The translations under genes and the position numbers were made by a program. Positions 1 through 5,715 of a DNA stretch of 5,715 nucleotides are shown here, piece by piece (the stretch's first letter is position 1; every line of letters starts with the position of its first letter). The DNA comes from Octopus sinensis (taxonomy: Eukaryota): NCBI RefSeq assembly GCF_006345805.1, contig NW_021829954.1, forward strand, positions 1 through 5,715. The letters run 5' to 3'. Under the pieces are notes generated by a model, which was not told the DNA's origin, did not search any database, and saw nothing but the letters and a program-made list of their open reading frames with translations.

Positions 1-203
1 CACAGGGATGTGAGTTCGAGTCTCATGGCTTGCCGCTGGCAAAAAATGCCCTGATGCAGTACCATGCAGTGGTTCTCATGGCTTCTGATCTTAACTGATT
101 GGAAGTGTTATCATGTACATTGTTTTGTCTTGGTATAAAAGATGGGCTACAGCAAATATTCTGCTCAATACCACAGATTTGCTTGCCAGCTGCATGTCCC
201 TCA
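1..203 (+). mobile_element. Probable tRNA-derived interspersed repeat (SINE-like), 5' end cut by the window edge
   Basis: tRNA T-arm/B-box at 10-26: stem GTGAG/CTCAT around loop TTCGAGT. The downstream body (ATGGCTTCTGATCTTAACTGATTGGAAGTG...) resembles a common octopus repeat from memory. The 3' boundary is approximate. Confidence 0.45.
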
Positions 204-238
204 GCTAGATCATATGTTGGTTTAATAAGCCATGTTCA

Positions 239-638
239 AAAGGCGGTGAGCTGGCAGAAACGTTAGCACGCCGGACTAAATACTTAGCGGTATTTCGTCT
301 GCCGTTACGTTCTGAGTTCAAATTCCACCGAGGTCGACTTTGCCTTTCATCCTTTCGGGGTCGGATAAATAAGTACCAGTTACGCACTGGGGTCGATATA
401 ATCGACTTAATCCGTTTGTCTATCCTTGTTTGTCCCCTCTGTGTTTAGCCCCTTGTGGGTAGTAAAGAAATAGGTATTTCGTCTGTCGTTACGTTCTGAG
501 TTCAAATTCCGCCGAGGTCGACTTTGCCTTTCATCCTTTCGGAGGTCGATAAATTAAGAATCAGCTGCGTACTGGGGTCGATATAATCGACTGGCCTCCT
601 CCCCAAAAATTTCGGGCCTTGTGCCTAGAGTATAAAAG
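239..638 (+). mobile_element. Dimeric tRNA-derived SINE flanked by a 15-bp target-site duplication
   Basis: Head GGCGGTGAGCTGGCAGAAACGTTAG (A-box-like, ~252) and B-box-like GAGTTCAAATTCC (314-326). A ~120-bp body is repeated at 289-407 and 473-592, each followed by a different tail ending A-rich. TSD AATAAGCCATGTTCA (224-238) / AATAAGCCATGCTCA (639-653), 14/15 identical. Confidence 0.88.
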
Positions 639-842
639 AATAAGCCATGCTCATATTTACGTTGCCTTTGGTGATCTGAGGATTCACATGAGGATTAACA
701 CGGTGAAATGATCTGTAGTGATAGTAACGTGTGTATGTTACTGATTGTCTATTTGGTTGGATCATTTTTTTCTGTCTTCACGCTGAACAATCAAACATAG
801 TCGACAACGGGAGAAACCGTCACGTATGCTCACACGGCTGTG

Positions 843-866
843 CTCTCTCTCTCTCTCTCTCTCTCT
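843..866. repeat. (CT)12 microsatellite, continuous with the 3' tail of SINE copy A
   Basis: Seen directly; abuts TTTACTCTTTTAC, the reverse-complemented SINE tail. Confidence 0.95.
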
Positions 867-1036
867 TTACTCTTTTACTAGTTTCCGTTATGTGACTTTA
901 GCCATGCTGGAGCACTGCCTTTAGTCGAGCAAATCAACCCTAGGACTTATTCTTTGTAAGTTTAGTACTTATTTTATCGGCGTTTTTTGCCGAACCGCTA
1001 AGTTACAGGGACGTAAACACAGACACACAAACATAT

Positions 1037-1067
<31 letters not shown>

Positions 1068-1190
1068 CGACGGGCTTCTTTCAGTTTCCGTCTACCAAAT
1101 CCACTCACAAAGCTTTGGTCGACCCGAGGCTATAGTAGAAGACACTTGCCTAAGGTGCCATGTAGTGGGACTGAACCCTGCAATGTGGTT
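867..1190 (-). mobile_element. tRNA-derived CORE-type SINE with internal microsatellite, copy A (5'-truncated)
   Basis: The minus strand reads B-box GGTTCAGTCCC, CORE-like CCTTAGGCAAGTGTC, GGAAACTGAAAGAAGCCCGTCG, a (TA)n/(TG)n tract (~1017-1067), then GTGCTCCAGCATGGC. Colinear with copies at 1275-1740 and 2686-3129; no A-box. Confidence 0.88.
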
Positions 1191-1196
1191 CCCCGG

Positions 1197-1250
1197 AGCA
1201 TGGCCGTAGTCCAGTGACTGAAACAAGTAAAATATAAAAATAAAGGATAA
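1197..1250 (+). mobile_element. Isolated 3' tail fragment of the same SINE family, opposite in orientation to copy A
   Basis: AGCATGGCCGTAGTCCAGTGACTGAAACAAGTAAAA matches the tail of copy D (AGCATGACCGCAGCCTAATGACTAAAACAAATAAAG, 3093-3128). Confidence 0.75.
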
Positions 1251-1274
1251 ATGAAGAAATACGTGTAAAATTGA

Positions 1275-1510
1275 CTTATCTTTTGTGTTTTATTTGTGTC
1301 AATCATTAGACCGCGGCCATGCTGGAGCACCGCCTTGAAGAATTTTTGCTCGAACGAATCAAACTCAAAACTTATCTTTTTTATGGTTGGTATACTCATT
1401 CTATCGGTCTCTTTTGTCGAACCGCTAGTAGTGGGGAAGTAAACACAACAGCATCGGTTGTCAAGCAGTGGTAGAGGGTAAACACACACATACACACACA
1501 TACACACACA

Positions 1511-1562
<52 letters not shown>

Positions 1563-1740
1563 TTATATATTTATATACGATGAGCTTCTTTCAGTTTCCG
1601 TCAACCAAATCCACTCACAAGGCTTTGGCCGATCCAAGGCGATATTAGAAGACACTTGCCCAAGGGGACACGCAGTGGGACTGAACCCGGAACCATGAGG
1701 TGGGGAAGCAAGAGCCTTACTACACAGCCACACCAGCGCC
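1275..1740 (-). mobile_element. Full-length tRNA-derived CORE-type SINE, copy B
   Basis: The minus strand starts GGCGCTGGTGTGGCTGTGTAGTAAG (A-box), then B-box GGTTCAGTCCC, CORE-like CCTTGGGCAAGTGTC, an internal microsatellite, GCGGTGCTCCAGCATGGCCGCGGTC and an A-rich tail. Confidence 0.9.
1482..1577. repeat. Compound (CA)n-(TA)n microsatellite inside SINE copy B
   Basis: Seen directly. Confidence 0.95.
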
Positions 1741-2183
1741 GGTTGATGATAGAAAAAGTATGGGACGGCGCTTCTTTTATTCAATCTCATTAGCTGAATG
1801 TTTTCGTTTTTGAATAGAATTGTCTTCGTATATGAATAGAAACTGTGTGAACTACTGAAAAGAACGGTCAGGATTTACATTAACCTAGTTATCTGCCCCT
1901 TTCATTGGCTCTTCACACGTTGTAACACTATGAACGGATACTCGGCGCCATCTTCATTATCACACGAATTTTATCTTGGTTGGAAATATCTTCTCATTGT
2001 GGTTACAAGACTCGATTTCAGATAATGAATAATATTTAATTGGCGTCGAAATCCATGTATGATATTTATATCAGTCACCGGAGATTTGTGTCAATTCACA
2101 CTTGCTAAACTTATTATATATTCATCTATATCGAGATACAGAACGGAATATTAGCTCTGAACATACAAACAGGAATAAATATA

Positions 2184-2208
2184 TAAATAAATAAATAAAT
2201 AAATAAAT
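2184..2208. repeat. (TAAA)6 microsatellite
   Basis: Seen directly. Confidence 0.9.
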
Positions 2209-2379
2209 ATACAATAAATTATGATGTTTTTGTAACAAAGAAGATATTAACTACAAACATGACTCTAGATAAATGGAAAGTCGACAAGGATATTTCGGTT
2301 CCTAAGTGGACGAGATTTATTTGTATGGAAAGACAGGCGTGAATAAAATGACGCCATGCTCATTCCTTTTCCGCAAAGA

Positions 2380-2545
2380 GGCGCAGGCATGGCTGTGTGG
2401 TTAAGAAGCTCGCTTTGTAACAACGAGGTTTCGGGTTCAGTCCCGCTGCGCGATTCCTTGAGTAGGTGTCTTCTATTATAGTCCCCGCGATGACTGATAC
2501 CTTGCGAGAGATTTAGGTAGAGGGAAACTGTGTGGAGGTGTGTCG
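2380..2545 (+). mobile_element. SINE copy C, 5' half (diverged)
   Basis: GGCGCAGGCATGGCTGTGTGGTTAAG with A-box 2390-2400, B-box GGTTCAGTCCC 2434-2444 and CORE-like CCTTGAGTAGGTGTC. Ends at GTCG followed by (TA)n, as in the other copies. Confidence 0.85.
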
Positions 2546-2611
<66 letters not shown>

Positions 2612-2685
2612 ACAGATAGATAGATAGATAGATAGATAGATACATACATACATACATACATACATACATACATACTACATACATA
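2546..2685. repeat. Compound (TA)n-(GATA)n-(CATA)n microsatellite
   Basis: (TA)n 2546-2609, (GATA)n 2611-2642, (CATA)n 2643-2685. Confidence 0.95.
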
Positions 2686-3129
2686 GTAATAAGATGTTTG
2701 CTTCCCGATCATACGGATCCGGGTTCAGTCCCACTACATGGCACCATGGGCAAGTGTCATTCACTTAAAGCCTCGGGTCAACTAAAATCTTGTGAAAGAA
2801 TTTGGTAGATGGAAACTGAAAGAAGCCCGTTGTTTATATATATACATATGTGTGTGTGTGTGTGTGTGTGGCGTGTGTGTGTGTGTGCGTGCGTGTGTGT
2901 GTGTGTGTGTGTATGTGTGTGTGTATGTGTGTGTGTGTGTGTGTCTTTGTGTCTCTGTTTTTCCCCACCCACCGCTTGACAATCATTGTTGGTGTGTCTT
3001 CATGCCTGTAACTTAGCGGTTCCCCAAAAGAGCCCGATAGAATAAGTACCAGGCTAAAAAAAAGTTCTGGGATCGCTTCATCGAGGTGCTCCAGCATGAC
3101 CGCAGCCTAATGACTAAAACAAATAAAGA
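2686..3129 (+). mobile_element. SINE copy D (lacks the A-box), nested in the internal microsatellite of copy C
   Basis: B-box 2722-2732, CCATGGGCAAGTGTC, GGAAACTGAAAGAAGCCCG, (TG)n tract, CGCTTGACAA, GATAGAATAAGTACCAGG, GTGCTCCAGCATGACC, then tail. Microsatellite on both sides. Confidence 0.88.
2835..2945. repeat. (TA)n-(TG)n microsatellite inside SINE copy D
   Basis: Seen directly. Confidence 0.95.
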
Positions 3130-3134
3130 TATAT

Positions 3135-3204
<70 letters not shown>

Positions 3205-3213
3205 TATATATAT
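3129..3213. repeat. (TA)n-(CATA)n-(TA)n microsatellite
   Basis: Seen directly. Confidence 0.95.
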
Positions 3214-3221
3214 CGGTATAC

Positions 3222-3406
3222 CTTTGTGTTTGTATGTCACCTTCCCGCCTCATCGCTTGACAACCGGTGTTGGTTTGTTTACGTCGCAGTAACTTGGAGT
3301 GTTTGCAAGAGACTGGAATTGATTTTTTTAAACCCCTTCAAGGCGATGCTCCAGCATGGTTGCTGTTCATTGACCGAATCAAGAAAACGATTAAAGACAA
3401 GAAAAG
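3222..3406 (+). mobile_element. SINE 3' half, most likely the continuation of copy C
   Basis: CGCTTGACAACCGGTGTTGGTTTGTTTACGTC...CTTCAAGGCGATGCTCCAGCATGG followed by an A-rich tail. It begins at the post-microsatellite part of the family and has no head of its own. Confidence 0.8.
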
Positions 3407-3852
3407 TACTTCGTTTGCCGTAGGAAGTGCTATGTTCAGAGATCTGAAACAGGTCGTGGACTCAGGACGAATCGATCACTTATCACGGCAGTGTCCGCCA
3501 TATTCCGGTGCACAGGTTCATACATCATTGCTTCCAGTCGTGACCATCCCGTTTTTATTTGTTTTCTCATGTTTTGTTTTTGTTTTTATGCATCTAGTAC
3601 TACATCGTCTGTGAGTCCATCCATTTATCATTTGTTTTTTTTTTATTTCGTCTTCCGGCCGTCATCAATAGGAAGATCTCCAACTATTCTTATTGTTCTT
3701 TGGCCAATTACATGAAAATGAAGCGGCCTTCTTTGATGATGCAGAGGATTACGGAACCTCTGAAAGGATTACGGAACTCCTCCGTTGTCTATGGTTGCCA
3801 TTTGTCATTATTACTAATCGGTTAATCTTAGGATATTGATTATATTCTATCT

Positions 3853-3911
3853 TCATCATCATCAGTAGCAGCAGCAGTAGTAGCAGCAGCAGTAGTAGTA
3901 GTAGTAGTAGT

Positions 3912-3995
<84 letters not shown>

Positions 3996-4023
3996 TGCTG
4001 TTGTAGCAGCAGCAGTAACAGCA
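3853..4023. repeat. Compound trinucleotide repeat (CAT)n-(CAG)n/(TAG)n
   Basis: About 170 bp of alternating in-phase CAG and TAG blocks. Confidence 0.95.
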
Positions 4024-4490
4024 AAAGTTTAGCCTCAATCCAGAGATTCTCTTGAATAACCAGCATAAACTGGTTCGCAATACCATAAATCTTTACAGCA
4101 GGAAGAGCAGGGGAGATTTTAATGTGAACTAAAGTCTACTATGGTGTATACGCAAGATTTTAGCCCACACTGCGTAATAAATTAAATTAAATTAACTAAA
4201 TATAAATATAAAGACAGACATGATTGTGTATCATGTTTGTGAGAGTATCACAGCGGACAGTAAAAGAGGGACCAAATGGATGACGCTGTTTCGGCTATTC
4301 TTATAGTCTCGTCAGCAATAAGTTATTCTATGTTTTGCTACCACCGAGAAACTGTATTTACAGCTTCTGTTGTTAAGCTTGTAACTAAATAAGGTGCGAC
4401 CCAATCTACCCGGTTTAGTTAAAAGCATAAAAGTACCTTCAGATGTATTTTCGCAATCGTTGTAAAATGTAACGTTTGTGGCGACTCGGA

Positions 4491-4831
4491 TGTGAAGGCG
4501 CATGGCTCAGTGGTTAGAGCGTCGAGCTTACGATCGTGAGGTTGTTAATTCGAAACCCGGACCTGGCTGCGTGTTGTGTTCTTGAGCAAGACACTTCATT
4601 TCACGTTGCTCCAGTTCACTCAGCTGTAGAAATAAGTTGCGACGTCACTGGTGCCAAGCTGTATCGGTCCCTTTGCCCTTTCTCTTGGATAATACTGATG
4701 GCGTGGAGAAGGGAGGCTGGTATGCATGGGCGACTGCTTGTCTTCCATAAACAACCTTGCCCGGACTTGTGCCTGGGAGGGAAACTTTCTAGGTGCAATC
4801 CCATGGTCATTCATGACCGAAGGGGGTCTCA
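4491..4831 (+). mobile_element. Full-length tRNA-derived CORE-SINE of a third family, with an 11-bp TSD
   Basis: A-box TGGCTCAGTGG (4503-4513), D-arm GCTC/GAGC, B-box-like AATTCGAAACC (4547-4557) and CORE-like GTGTTCTTGAGCAAGACACTT. TSD GGCGACTCGGA (4480-4490) / GGTGACTCGGA (4832-4842). Confidence 0.85.
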
Positions 4832-5005
4832 GGTGACTCGGAAACGTATAACAAACCAGAAACAGCTTTGAGCAGTCTGCCTCCCTTTTACTCTACGCAG
4901 TGAAGTTATACAAACATGATATACATTTACATCTATCTCATGCATTAAGTCAATATATTTAATTTATGAAAGGGCGATGGTGAAAATCTTTGGGTATACT
5001 CCAGA

Positions 5006-5084
5006 GAACCATTTTTTACCTATCGACCCCTTTGATTATTATTTTATTCTGGTGAACCCCCATAGCTGCTCGATGTTTAAAAAC
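5006..5084 (+). mobile_element. Possible degenerate hAT/MITE-like repeat interrupted by the mariner; may continue at 5654-5715
   Basis: AACCATTTTTT...GACCCC resembles the subterminal pattern of hAT-type non-autonomous elements. No TIR or TSD is visible; recall-based only. Confidence 0.25.
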
Positions 5085-5086
5085 TA

Positions 5087-5651
5087 CTGAGTTGTCTGAA
5101 AAGTTCGTGCCGATTTATAGTAGCTATTTTTCGACTTATTTTAGAACATGGTTGAGTCCATAAAATAGGATTTGACTGCACCTCCATTTACAGCATAGTT
5201 TAAGCTATCTTTTCGTGGAAGAAGGTTTATGTTCCTATAACCTGTGTTAATTATGTAACCCTTTAAAATGGAAGATAAGAAAGTTCATTTTCGACACTTG
5301 ATGCTTTGGGAACCAGACAAAAATTGCTGCAGCTCGGCTGGGATGTGTTACCCCACCCTCCATGTTCACTAGATATTGCTCCTTCGGATTTCCACTTATT
5401 CAGGTCTCTGCAAAATAATCTTAATGGTAAAAATTTCAATTCCTTGGATGACGTAAAAAGATACTGTGATGAATTATTTGCCATGAAACCGCCTCAATTC
5501 TGGGAAGACGGTATTTTCAAGTTAAAGGAAAGATGGAGACGCATTGTGCAACAAAATGGTTCATATTTGGTTGATTAAAAATGTAATGGCAAGTATTTAT
5601 TGCCCTTTTTCTTTCCTTTAAAAATCGGCACGAACTTTCCGGACAACCCAA
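5087..5651 (+). mobile_element. Non-autonomous, internally deleted mariner (Tc1/mariner) DNA transposon, 565 bp
   Basis: 30-bp TIRs at 5087-5116 (CTGAGTTGTCTGAAAAGTTCGTGCCGATTT) and 5622-5651, 26/30 identical. TA flanks at 5085-5086 and 5652-5653. Transposase remnants lie inside. Confidence 0.95.
5268..5578 (+). pseudogene. Mariner transposase remnant: N-terminal 15 codons joined out of frame to the C-terminal ~88 codons
   Basis: ATG 5268 gives MEDKKVHFRHLMLWE. A different frame from ~5312 gives TRQKLLQLGWDVLPHPPCSLDIAPSDFHLF...RWRRIVQQNGSYLVD*, matching the mariner HPPYSPDLAPSDYHLF motif that holds the third catalytic Asp. The HTH domain and first two Asp residues are deleted. Confidence 0.92.
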
Positions 5652-5715
5652 TACTTTCATTGAAACGTAAAAATTCCTATTTTGCTTTCTACACATTCTC
5701 TTGTGTAGGTTGAAC

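Noticed and set aside
205-387. 60-aa minus-strand ORF
   Set aside because: Antisense to the SINE and crosses its TSD boundary.
289-592. CRISPR array or LTR pair
   Set aside because: Only two ~120-bp units, no spacer periodicity, no TG...CA termini or primer-binding site; explained as a SINE dimer.
1741-2379. Exon or gene in the unique AT-rich stretch
   Set aside because: No convincing ORF or paired splice signals; the ATG near 2259 gives only about 27 codons.
1130-3423. ORFs with HT, CV, YI or YLSI repeats, and neighbouring SINE-derived ORFs
   Set aside because: They are translations of microsatellites and SINE bodies; stop codons are absent only because of low complexity.
3749-4086. Poly-Leu and poly-Tyr/Cys ORFs on the minus strand
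   Set aside because: Produced by the CAG/TAG repeat, with no recognisable flanking domain.
4497-4570. Functional tRNA gene
   Set aside because: A- and B-boxes are present, but the acceptor, anticodon and T stems pair poorly and the sequence runs into a CORE-like domain inside a TSD.
4312-4871. ORFs 4312-4503, 4536-4871, 4616-4810 and 4620-4814
   Set aside because: Short, with no motifs, and lying within or overlapping a TSD-bounded SINE.
5263-5484. 73-aa minus-strand ORF
   Set aside because: Antisense shadow of the transposase remnant.
5306-5578. Functional transposase CDS
   Set aside because: Only the C-terminal quarter remains, it starts at TTG out of frame with the true ATG, and YSPD has decayed to CSLD.

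Overview
AT-rich, repeat-dominated eukaryotic non-coding DNA (intronic or intergenic). The SINE types and dense microsatellites suggest a cephalopod, probably Octopus; this is recognition from memory, not a database result. No intact protein-coding gene is supported. The window holds about seven tRNA-derived SINE copies or fragments from at least three families: a TSD-flanked dimeric SINE (239-638), four microsatellite-carrying CORE-type SINEs (two minus, two plus, one nested in another) and a TSD-flanked CORE-SINE (4491-4831). It also has a 565-bp internally deleted mariner transposon with 30-bp TIRs and TA duplications (5087-5651) and many simple repeats. Most listed ORFs are microsatellite or SINE artefacts. 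I see no convincing novel biological system. The best leads are a candidate 13-nt microexon (3598-3610), inverted SINE pairs that could form ADAR substrates, and the modular, nested TE architecture.
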